This document shows positions 10,856 through 19,255 of a stretch of DNA of 64,000 bases, in pieces. The first letter of the stretch is position 1; each line of letters begins with the position of its first letter. The notes under the pieces are model-generated. The model was not told the origin of the DNA, did not search any database, and was given only the letters and a program-made list of their open reading frames with translations. A program made the position numbers and the translations under genes. Origin of the DNA: a virus (Duplodnaviria > Caudoviricetes); IMG/VR virus record IMGVR_UViG_3300021255_001460, positions 1 through 64,000 of that record. One strand, given 5' to 3'.

Positions 10856-11639
10856 CAACGTCACGGTTGTACAGTTTGGTCAAAGTCGCGGCTGTGTTGT
10901 CGCCCACCCTTTGTGGCAATATGACTATGGACAGAAACTGTAGATCAAAGGGCTGAATTAGCCGAGCGATTACGAGGTACATTTTTCCAACTCCGAAGAG
11001 TCTGGCACAGCACGTATTGTGGCTGGTCATGGCAACCTCGTATCTATCCCCGATGAATATTTGCAGTCGGGCAATGACATTTATTGTTGGGTTATGTTCC
11101 ACGAAGACGGGTATGAAAACGATGCCCGTGTGTGGCACATGGCAAAAATTCCGGTCAGTAAGCGCCCCCGCCCCGTTGGAACAAACATTCCCGAGGACGA
11201 ACTTGAGCGCTACTACGACCTGCTGGCACAGATGGAACAGCAGATCGCGGCAATGGAAGCAATGACTGCCTCCTACTCAAATGCAACCGCTGTCGCCAAT
11301 ACGCTGAGTCCTGATGCCGCCGCTACAGTGAACCTTTCCACCAATGCACAGGGCAACAAGCTGTTCACCTTTGGTATTCCGCAAGGAAAGATCCCGGCGA
11401 TTGCCATTGGTACAGTTGAGGCGGTTGCCTACAACGAAGAAGCCGAGGTAAACCGCACAGGAACTGACCTGAATCCGGTGTTTAACTTCAAGCTTCCGCG
11501 AGGCGTTGATGGCACAGGCGCTGTCAGCACAGTCGATGGCAATGCTCCTGACACGAATCACAACGCTGTCTCTGATAAGCTGGGAATGTTTATCAATGAG
11601 GACGGCTATATGTGCCAGCGCATTAAAATCGAATCTTAA
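10848..11639 (+). CDS. BppU-like baseplate upper/fibre protein, 263 aa, two in-frame TAG (10941, 10959)
   Basis: WQYDYGQKL*IKGLN*PSDYEVHFSN continues in frame into ORF 11019..11639; FTFGIPQG motif. Confidence 0.8.
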
Positions 11640-11672
11640 CATTACGACAAAGAAAGTGAGGTGAGAACAACA

Positions 11673-12317
11673 ATGACAATCCGCGACAACAACACCGTAT
11701 ATGTCAACTTCGGCAATGGTGTGGACGCAACAGCCGACGCGATCTGGCAGTACGACACTGGCCTGTATCTCAAGGTTGTGAATGTTCCGAATATGCCTTC
11801 CACTTTTCAGGCACAGTTCAGCAACCAGCTTGAGGGCGGCACAGCAAAGGCAGTGGTCGGCAGTGATTCTGTGGCTCAGATCCCTGATGAGTTTACCCAG
11901 TCCGGTGAACCGATCTATGTTTGGCTGGTTTTCAACATCGATGGCGTGACAGTCCGCACAGAACGTGTCATCAAGATCCCGGTGAAGAAGCGCCCCAAGG
12001 TTGTGGACGAGTAGCCTACACCCGTCCAGCAAAGCACCATTGACTAGCTGATCGGTGAGATGGAGAAGGCTGTTGAAGTAACGGGCGAAGCTATGGATAC
12101 CGCCACTGAGGCGTTGACCCAAGCGAAAGAAGTCATTGTTCGCATCGAATCTTTGGATGTTGCCACTCGCCTTACCAATGCTCGATTGATAGCGTTGACC
12201 GGGGATGCCACTGGAAGCACATCGTTCGACGGTTCGCAGGATGTTGCGATTGATGTGACCATTCCCCGTGCGACAGAGCGAGATATTCAAGAGGTGATAA
12301 ACAATGGCGCTGACTAA
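11673..12317 (+). CDS. BppU-like protein, 214 aa, two in-frame TAG (12012, 12045)
   Basis: WQYDTGLYL..., IPDE, IPVKKRPKVVDE*PTPVQQSTID*LIGEMEK joins two ORF-track pieces in frame; GAGGTGA RBS. Confidence 0.8.
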
Positions 12318-13389
12318 CCCAAACAGTTTTATTGACGTTCAACAGCTTGACAACTTCTACCGACAGCTAGGCAGTGATCTCGCCAAGAAGGTTGACAAAG
12401 AGACTGGCAAAGCGCTCTCTACCAACGATTACACCACCGCCGAAAAAGAAAAGCTGGCTGGTATTGAGGCCGGGGCAAATAAGTATGTCCACCCATCCAC
12501 AGTGGCGTACAACTCCGGGTTTTATAAGATTACAACTAATGCACAGGGGCATGTGACTGCCGCCGTTCAGGTTACCAAGGAAGACATTATGGCGCTTGGT
12601 ATTCCTGACGAGGACACGACATACGATCCAGCCACCCCGACCACCGATGGCTTAATGAGTGCGGCTGATAAGACCAAACTCGACACGGTGGAACAGGGCG
12701 CGAACAATTATACTCACCCGGCTCACACTGCCGCTGTTGAAGGGTTTTACAAAGTAACGGTGGACGCTGAAGGGCATGTGGTCGCCGTGAAAGCTGTGAC
12801 CAAGGCCGATATTACTGCGCTGGGTATTCCCGCACAGGATACAACTTATGGCACAGCAACCAACACTCAGCACGGTCTGATGTCGTCCGATGACAAGGGC
12901 AAACTCGACGGCATCGAAGCTGGGGCAAATAACTATACGCATCCATCCCATACCGCCGCAACAAATGGCCTGTACAAGGTTACTGTGGATGGTGAAGGGC
13001 ATGTGACCGCAACAAATGCCGCAACCAAATCTGACATTACTGCGTTGGGTATCCCGGCACAGGACACCACCTATGATCCAGCCACCACAAGTGATCCCGG
13101 GCTGATGAGTGCGGCTGACAAAACCAAGCTTGATCAGTTTCTCGATGCTTCGGCCTACATGCTGAAGTCCGATGTTGGTTCTGCCATGATCTACAAAGGA
13201 AGCGTTGCCACACTGAGTGATCTTCCGGGTCAGGGGAACAAGATTGGCGATATGTGGGATGTGCGCGAGTATGGTATGAACTATGCTTGGGATGGTTCAA
13301 AGTGGGATGCGATGGGATCTGTTATGACGATATCCCGTGCAACCAGTGCTGATATTGACGAAATCTTTGCTCAGACATCAGATCCGTAA
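12304..13389 (+). CDS. fibre-like structural protein with three 75-aa tandem repeats
   Basis: KVDKETGKALSTNDYTTAEKEKL and GLMSAADKTKLD motifs; C-terminal YKGSV...NYAWDGSKWD. Confidence 0.8.
   Translation: MALTNPNSFIDVQQLDNFYRQLGSDLAKKVDKETGKALSTNDYTTAEKEKLAGIEAGANKYVHPSTVAYNSGFYKITTNAQGHVTAAVQVTKEDIMALGIPDEDTTYDPATPTTDGLMSAADKTKLDTVEQGANNYTHPAHTAAVEGFYKVTVDAEGHVVAVKAVTKADITALGIPAQDTTYGTATNTQHGLMSSDDKGKLDGIEAGANNYTHPSHTAATNGLYKVTVDGEGHVTATNAATKSDITALGIPAQDTTYDPATTSDPGLMSAADKTKLDQFLDASAYMLKSDVGSAMIYKGSVATLSDLPGQGNKIGDMWDVREYGMNYAWDGSKWDAMGSVMTISRATSADIDEIFAQTSDP
12451..13125 (+). repeat. 3 x 225-nt coding tandem repeat
   Basis: Units start at 12451, 12676, 12901 (KL.GIEAGAN.Y.HP...GLMS..DK). 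Confidence 0.85.
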
Positions 13390-13402
13390 GGGACGGTGAT
13401 GG

Positions 13403-13597
13403 TTGATGGCAGTTCAGGACAATCAGAATTTAGTTGATGTTGCCCGACTGGCTGAGTTTTACGGGCATCTTCAACAAGTATTTGGCGCTTCGGTTTTGTA
13501 CGTTGGCGACGATGGTTATGTACACCAGACAATTGTGGTGAACACACCGGATGAAACCAGCGGGAGCGAAAGCGAAGCTGAAGTAGGAGGGAGTTAA
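13403..13597 (+). CDS. small hypothetical protein in structural block
   Basis: 64 aa; YVGDDGYVHQ resembles FINEDGYMCQ at the end of 10848..11639. Confidence 0.6.
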   Translation: MMAVQDNQNLVDVARLAEFYGHLQQVFGASVLYVGDDGYVHQTIVVNTPDETSGSESEAEVGGS

Positions 13598-13600
13598 CAA

Positions 13601-14347
13601 ATGGCTCAGACATATGCCGATTATGTAATGATGACCGACTAGACTGGCAACAGGATAGCACAGGCCATTGAAGATATGTCACCGCCACTGGATGAAGAAG
13701 TTTCTGAAACCAGTACGAATGCGGTGGAAAACAGGGCAATTTACCGCGAACTGAAGGCGCTGTCTGATCGTATTGGTTCAGTCGAATCCCCGGCACAAAC
13801 CGCGATCAAACTGCCTTTTTCTATTGCGACAACTGCATGGACTGGAAGTGGCCCATACACTTATACATTCACTAGTTCCTCAATTAGTACAAACTCGTTG
13901 GTGCTTGAACCAATGATCAGTAGCGGCTTTGATGCACTGCCGCCTTCATGGTCTTGGACACAGACAACGAACGGGGTAACATTTACGGTTTCCACAAAGC
14001 CAAGCGTTACTATTGCTGGCGATATTCCGGTGATTGATAGCGTGAATGGCACTGTTCCAGTTGAGCGTGGTGGCACTGGCGCGACCTCTGCTGTTGATGC
14101 GAGAGTCAACCTTGGCATCCCGGCACATGGTCTTGTGATTGTGAGCGGTGAGAAAGGCACAACCGCCCCGCTTCCAATTTCCAATACCAATATCACGGCG
14201 AATCACAAGTTGCTTAATTATTTTATCGAAAAGCCAGAAAATGAGGCGGCTAGTTGGACATGGACGACTTCAGCTAACACACTGACTATCGAAGGTACAT
14301 TCCTTGGCTCGACCAATATGACGTTCATACTGGGTGTTCCGTATTAA
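13601..14347 (+). CDS. putative tail fibre/baseplate protein, 248 aa, in-frame TAG at codon 14 (13640)
   Basis: AGGAGG RBS; MAQTYADYVMMTD*TGNRIAQAIEDM in frame with ORF 13676; GTVPVERGGTGATSAVDARVNLG fibre motif. Confidence 0.8.
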
Positions 14348-14364
14348 TGAAAGGGCGATGAATT

Positions 14365-14895
14365 ATGATTGAAAAGTTTTATACCACATAGGAGATTCAG
14401 CATCTTCCGAATGGCAACATACAGTGCCTTTACGATCACTATAGTGACATCCGTTATGCGCTGGCTAAGTATCATACAGTTTGTGCGGCGGCTGTGCTGA
14501 GTGAACTTGATTATCATGCGGCTTATCTGCTGGACGATACTGGTGTTTATCGTGATGAAACTGGTCGTATGTACCGTGAAATCTATGACCGCCGCGAAGA
14601 TCCGATGGCTGATCTGTATGTGACCATTGAGAACCAGATGCGGCCTGATGGAAGTAAGGGTCTGCTCTATGAATCCTTCGACAATCTTCCTCAAGGTCAG
14701 CAGAAGTACCACTACATTTGTGCGGCGGCTTCTGTGAGTGGTATTCCTTACCATGCCGCCTTCCTGATCCGCGAAGATGGAGTGTTTGTTGATCAGGCTA
14801 TTTGGGATCGTAGAGTTGATCCTGATATTCAGCCTGAACCAGAACCCGAAGAAGAAACTCCTGCCGAACAGGTTGATGAAGGCGGTGAGGCGTAA
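14365..14895 (+). CDS. hypothetical late protein, 176 aa, in-frame TAG at codon 9 (14389)
   Basis: MIEKFYTT*EIQHLPNG... in frame with ORF 14494; internal duplication (YHTVCAAAVLS / YHYICAAASVS). Confidence 0.75.
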
Positions 14896-15251
14896 TGGCA
14901 ACAGGTACAGTTAAGAGTCTTGTTTCTACGTTAAACAGCAAGTTAGCCTTAAAAACTGGAACGTTTGAGTACAGTGCCGGGTTCTCTTCTGATACGTTTA
15001 GGATTCTCAAATCTGGGAACGTTGTTACTATCTGTTTCGACAGTTTAAAAATTCCGGCTACTGGCACAAATCTTGTTGGCTATATCCCGTCTGGGTTCAG
15101 GCCACCTGTGACAATCGTTGGGACGGCTTTTACAAGAAACGGGAACGCTTTTCTCTTCCTGATTGGGGTGGATGGAAATCTTAAGCTTTACGATGTGCAA
15201 AGCACAAGTCAGGTATTTTATGGTAATGCTTCATATTGCATTTCTGATTAA
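14895..15251 (+). CDS. expressed variable fibre-tip/receptor-binding module A (12-aa leader plus shufflon cassette)
   Basis: MATGTVKSLVST-LNSK...; KSGNVVTI, IPSGFRP beta-rich tip motifs; site at 14929. Confidence 0.7.
   Translation: MATGTVKSLVSTLNSKLALKTGTFEYSAGFSSDTFRILKSGNVVTICFDSLKIPATGTNLVGYIPSGFRPPVTIVGTAFTRNGNAFLFLIGVDGNLKLYDVQSTSQVFYGNASYCISD
14929..14941 (+). repeat. shufflon recombination site A (CGTTAAACAGCAA)
   Basis: Identical 13-mer at 14929(+), 15539(-), 44899(+), 45631(-), always in the frame encoding LNS. Confidence 0.8.
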
Positions 15252-15264
15252 GTAACTTGCTGAT

Positions 15265-15549
15265 TTATCCAGTGATGAACGCGATATTAACATTCCCGGC
15301 TTTACTCATTGTAACATTGCCATTGCTTCGCACCAAGCAATATCCATCAATGATAGCACTGTCATTTAGTAATGGAAAATACATGTTTGCGCTAGGTCTG
15401 TACGGAATATAAAACTGCACCGAACCTGAGACAGTGGTTGCACTCACAGATCCGCAGACAAGGTTACCCATCTTTTTAAGCATGTGCTCTATGGTATTGC
15501 CATCCATGACGTTGATCTGCACACGTTCCGGCGTAAGATTGCTGTTTAA
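15265..15549 (-). other. silent inverted cassette B (LNSNLTPERVQINVMDG...ITG*)
   Basis: Open frame starts at site B and has no upstream RBS/ATG of its own. Confidence 0.75.
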
Positions 15550-15551
15550 CG
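15539..15551 (-). repeat. shufflon recombination site B
   Basis: TTGCTGTTTAACG on +, the inverted copy of site A. Confidence 0.8.
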
Positions 15552-15572
15552 AAATACCAAGGAGAAGAAAAC

Positions 15573-15890
15573 ATGAAACGAATACTGTTATTTATCCTCA
15601 TTTTGATCATGCTGTTTTGCATGGTCGGGTGTTCAAGTATAGATTACGGAACAGTTAAGGATAAATCGTTTTCTCCTGCACATCGAACATATCGACCGAT
15701 GATGATCCATATGGGCAAAGGTATGCATGTTATTCCACGTTGGGTGAGCCATAAAGCATCATGGAAAATTTTTGTCGAGAATAACGAAGGCAGTGAATGG
15801 TGGACTGTTACGGAAGAATATTACAATGCTGTAAATGTCGGAGACTTTGTTGATAGACGACCAAACAATCAAAAGAGGAGTACAAAATGA
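15573..15890 (+). CDS. putative lipoprotein
   Basis: MKR + hydrophobic stretch + MVGC lipobox; AAGGAG RBS. Confidence 0.65.
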   Translation: MKRILLFILILIMLFCMVGCSSIDYGTVKDKSFSPAHRTYRPMMIHMGKGMHVIPRWVSHKASWKIFVENNEGSEWWTVTEEYYNAVNVGDFVDRRPNNQKRSTK

Positions 15891-16027
15891 AAACATTGTA
15901 TGACTTCACAAATGCATTTGAAGAACTTATGGATGAAGCACTGAACGAACTGTCTCCTGAATCATTCGAGCGGTTCAAAGATTCTGTATCAATGATCCTT
16001 GATGATTATGAAGGATCGGATGATTAA
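15887..16027 (+). CDS. small acidic hypothetical protein (46 aa)
   Basis: GAGGAG RBS; ATGA overlap. Confidence 0.5.
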   Translation: MKTLYDFTNAFEELMDEALNELSPESFERFKDSVSMILDDYEGSDD

Positions 16028-16034
16028 CAGATGA

Positions 16035-16340
16035 TAAGGATGCAAGTCCTTAACATACTATGGGAAGCGGCACGACTGAAACCCAGCTTTACCTTTCTAC
16101 GCATTGCCTCCTTAACAATGCTTTCAACTGTCGTGCTTCCCTTTGAAACCGCACAGCGCAACACGGCAGACCACCTTGATACAATCGTCTTGTCAACGCA
16201 TCGAGGTCAGGGTAATGAGAGTCTGCAAGCTTCCTGCACTCCGAGGTTGTAAAATCCTGACAGGTTGACATCTGAAGGGGTTTAGTTTGACGGAGATATC
16301 TCATGTACAAGTGTACAAGGAGTTCCCGGATACGTCATTA
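16035..16340 (+). ncRNA. unassigned structured non-coding region
   Basis: Stems 16035-52, 16062-76/16130-41 with inner 16101-21, 16166-71/16221-26 with 16173-80/16200-07; no credible CDS; strand inferred. Confidence 0.45.
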
Positions 16341-16361
16341 AATTATGGCGCTTCCTGAAAC

Positions 16362-16458
16362 GATTGGTGACGGAATAGGTAGACGCGCCGGGTGTCGCAA
16401 GCGAGGCGATGGTATTGCGATAGTCCATCATGTAAGGTGCAAATCCTTACCCAGTTCA
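16362..16458 (+). ncRNA. tRNA-like RNA 1 (D and T arms, no canonical anticodon arm)
   Basis: GATTGG/CCAGTT acceptor, TGACGGAATAGGTAGACGC D-arm, GTAAGG-TGCAAAT-CCTTAC T-arm. Confidence 0.65.
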
Positions 16459-16500
16459 TTTCAGCAGTTTTCTCAAGAAACTGCGAAAATAATCAAAGAT

Positions 16501-16532
16501 GGTACACCTTTCGTGGGTGTACCTTCGTTTTT
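16501..16532 (+). terminator. intrinsic terminator-like hairpin
   Basis: GGTACACCT/GGGTGTACC stem followed by a T run. Confidence 0.55.
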
Positions 16533-16562
16533 ATCTGTAGGTTTAAGGAAGAAGGTGTTGGT

Positions 16563-18416
16563 TTGCAAATCGAGGAAGCTGTGAGACAGTTTGCGGATGA
16601 TTACTTGGGAGAGTACCGCCTGAAAGAAAGACATGGGGTTACCGAGTATGTTGCAAAAGTCTGCCCGGTTTGTAAAGCGGCACACGATCCTTGGACATTC
16701 TCCATCAATGCGCTTGGGCTGGCAAACTGCAAGCGCGGCAACTGTGGATTCAAGGGTACGTACAACCAACTCATGAAAGAACTTGGTTTGCCCACCATTA
16801 AAACATCAGATTGGAACAGGTCGAATAAAATGAATCAGAGTGTTACAAAGGTCAAGTACGATTTGCCGCACACAACTTTACTTCCATTGACTGACCAGTG
16901 TAGAGATTACCTTCATCTGCGCGGCTTCTCAGACATTACCATTGATCACTTCCCCATCAACAGCGACCCCGAAGGTAACATTGTCTTCAGCTTTATGCGC
17001 GGTGGAATAAACGTGTTCCAAAAGTTCCGTAGGCCGCAGAAATATGTACACGGAGACTCAAAGCCCAAAGAGTGGCAGGTCAAGAATACCGAGCCAATTC
17101 TGTGGAACATAGATCAGCTTGATGTAACACAGCCAATCTACATCACAGAAGGCCAGATGGATTGCCTTGCCCTGTACGAAGCTGGGTTTGACAATGTGAC
17201 CTCAGTTCCATGCGGTTGCGACAATGACCAGTGGATTGAAAACTGCTGGGATTTCCTGAACACGGTTGACACATTCGTGATTGTGGGCGACTCAGATGCT
17301 CCGGGTCAGAAGATGGTGGACGTTCTCAGGAAGCGCCTCTCCATGTGCAAGGTCAAGTATGTGCCGCTTGGTGAATATCCGCTCAGAGATGACGGCACAC
17401 TGATGAAGGATGCCAACGAAGTTTTTGTGCGGCGTGGTGCTGATGCGCTGGTTGAGATGGTTGAGTCCGCAGTAGATGACCAGATCAATGGCCTGATCAA
17501 TATCTCGCACGTTGAGCCAACTGATCCGACCACAATCCATCGTATCCACACTGGATTCATCTCTATCGACAGAAGCTTGGGTGGCCTTGTTGATGGCGGC
17601 TTGACCATTATTTGCGGCGACGCTGGATCTGGTAAGTCAACCATCAGCAATACATTAATTCTCTCCGCAATCAATGAGGGTGCGAAGGTAACAGTGTATA
17701 GCGGCGAACTCGACAAGGAACAGTTCCAGTGGTGGCTATACCTTCAGGCGGCTGGCGATGACTGGGTTGGTCTGAAGTACGACAGCTTCAACGAAATGAA
17801 TGTGCCGTACATAACTCGCGAGTGCCAAGACCGCATCTCAGCTTTCCTCGACAACAAACTCTACCTGTACGACAACGAGTCCGACACAAGCGACGACCTG
17901 ATGAACAATGTTATTTCTTTGTTCGAGGCATCAGCGCGGCGCTACGGCACTTCGATCTTTCTGGTTGACAACGTGATGAGCATGTCGGCTGGTATGGAAG
18001 ATGACGAGTATTCCGCACAGGCAAAGATTGTGAACGCACTCAAGCGGTTCGCACTCAGGTACAAGGTTCATGTGATCATTGTGGCTCATCTCCGCAAACA
18101 CTTTGGCGACGCATCCACAGTTTCGCTCCATGACATCAGCGGCAACAGTGTGCTGAACAAGACCGCTACCAACGCCATCTATGTTGCGGATCAGAAACTG
18201 AGGATTCTCAAGAACAGAGGGAGCGGCGTGAAGTGCGTTGTGCCACTGGTTTACTGCCGCGCATCAAGGCGAGTGTACGAAAGCCAGTATGGTGACCGCC
18301 TGAAACTGTGCTGGAATACAACAGGACTGAAGCCGCCAAACCCAAGAGCCGACTCCATGCCTGAGTATCAGATCCTCTTGCCGCCCGAACAGATACCGCA
18401 GACAAGTCCATTTTAA
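16563..18416 (+). CDS. bifunctional primase-helicase (Zn finger, TOPRIM, SF4 helicase; T7 gp4-like)
   Basis: CPVC...CKRGNC, ITEGQMD, DSD, KDANE, Walker A GDAGSGKS, LVDN, VAHLRK; probable TTG start at 16563. Confidence 0.9.
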   Translation: MQIEEAVRQFADDYLGEYRLKERHGVTEYVAKVCPVCKAAHDPWTFSINALGLANCKRGNCGFKGTYNQLMKELGLPTIKTSDWNRSNKMNQSVTKVKYDLPHTTLLPLTDQCRDYLHLRGFSDITIDHFPINSDPEGNIVFSFMRGGINVFQKFRRPQKYVHGDSKPKEWQVKNTEPILWNIDQLDVTQPIYITEGQMDCLALYEAGFDNVTSVPCGCDNDQWIENCWDFLNTVDTFVIVGDSDAPGQKMVDVLRKRLSMCKVKYVPLGEYPLRDDGTLMKDANEVFVRRGADALVEMVESAVDDQINGLINISHVEPTDPTTIHRIHTGFISIDRSLGGLVDGGLTIICGDAGSGKSTISNTLILSAINEGAKVTVYSGELDKEQFQWWLYLQAAGDDWVGLKYDSFNEMNVPYITRECQDRISAFLDNKLYLYDNESDTSDDLMNNVISLFEASARRYGTSIFLVDNVMSMSAGMEDDEYSAQAKIVNALKRFALRYKVHVIIVAHLRKHFGDASTVSLHDISGNSVLNKTATNAIYVADQKLRILKNRGSGVKCVVPLVYCRASRRVYESQYGDRLKLCWNTTGLKPPNPRADSMPEYQILLPPEQIPQTSPF

Positions 18417-18444
18417 GCTGAACGAAAGGAATAAGGTATAAGGT

Positions 18445-19254
18445 ATGTGCATGTTGCCAGAAGGAATTAAGTTTTCGTTCTCATCCCTGTCTGCCTACGA
18501 TCATTGCCCCATGAGTTTCAAGCTGTCCAAAATCGATCACCTTCATGACGACGGCAACTTCTTTTCCCAGTACGGTTCTTTCGGACACAAGCTGTTCGAG
18601 CAGTATGAGAAGGGCGAGATCCCTTTGATTGCGCTGGGGCAAGAGTACGCTGATCGGTTTGAGGCTGAGGTTACCGCAGACCCGCCACCATTTCCCCGTG
18701 GCCTGTGGCAAAAATACTATGATGCTGGGCAGGAGTTCTTCGACAACTTCAATGGGTTCGACGAACACTACGAAATCCTTGAGATTGAGCAAAAGTTTGA
18801 AATCAATATCGGCGGCTATCCTTTTGTGGGCATTGCCGATTTAATAGTCCGCAACACACTGACTGGCGGTATCGAAGTCATCGATCACAAGTCCAAGTCA
18901 AAGAACAGCATGAAGAAAGAGATTGATGTGTACCGCAAACAGCTTTACACATATGCCATGTATGTTCATGAGAAGTACGGCGAGTGGCCTACCATGTTGC
19001 GGTTTAACATGTACAAGGAAAACTACTGGATTGACGAGCCGTTTGATATAAAGATGGTCAAGGAAACTGAAGACTGGGTAGTTGCCACGATAGACCGCAT
19101 CAAGGCCGACACAGAATGGTTCATCCACGAAGATGAATATTTCTGTTGTAATATCTGCGGCTTCTTTATGCAATGCCCAGCCCACAACATCATCATCGAA
19201 CGTCGCCACGAGCGCATGTTGGCGAAGGAACAGGCACAGAGGGGTGACGAGTAG
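18445..19254 (+). CDS. PD-(D/E)XK nuclease, Cas4/RecB-like
   Basis: SFSSLSAYDHCP, IEQKF, GIADLI, IDHKS, QLYTY, C-terminal CCxxCxxxxxC. Confidence 0.85.
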   Translation: MCMLPEGIKFSFSSLSAYDHCPMSFKLSKIDHLHDDGNFFSQYGSFGHKLFEQYEKGEIPLIALGQEYADRFEAEVTADPPPFPRGLWQKYYDAGQEFFDNFNGFDEHYEILEIEQKFEINIGGYPFVGIADLIVRNTLTGGIEVIDHKSKSKNSMKKEIDVYRKQLYTYAMYVHEKYGEWPTMLRFNMYKENYWIDEPFDIKMVKETEDWVVATIDRIKADTEWFIHEDEYFCCNICGFFMQCPAHNIIIERRHERMLAKEQAQRGDE

Positions 19255-19255
19255 T

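Noticed and set aside
16405-16430. Fluoride riboswitch-like GGCGATGG
   Set aside because: Lacks the following TTCGCC pairing and the downstream pseudoknot motif
16392-16562. N-terminal extension of the primase-helicase from the ORF-track start
   Set aside because: It overlaps the tRNA-like RNA and terminator; TTG 16563 has an RBS and directly precedes the Zn-finger region
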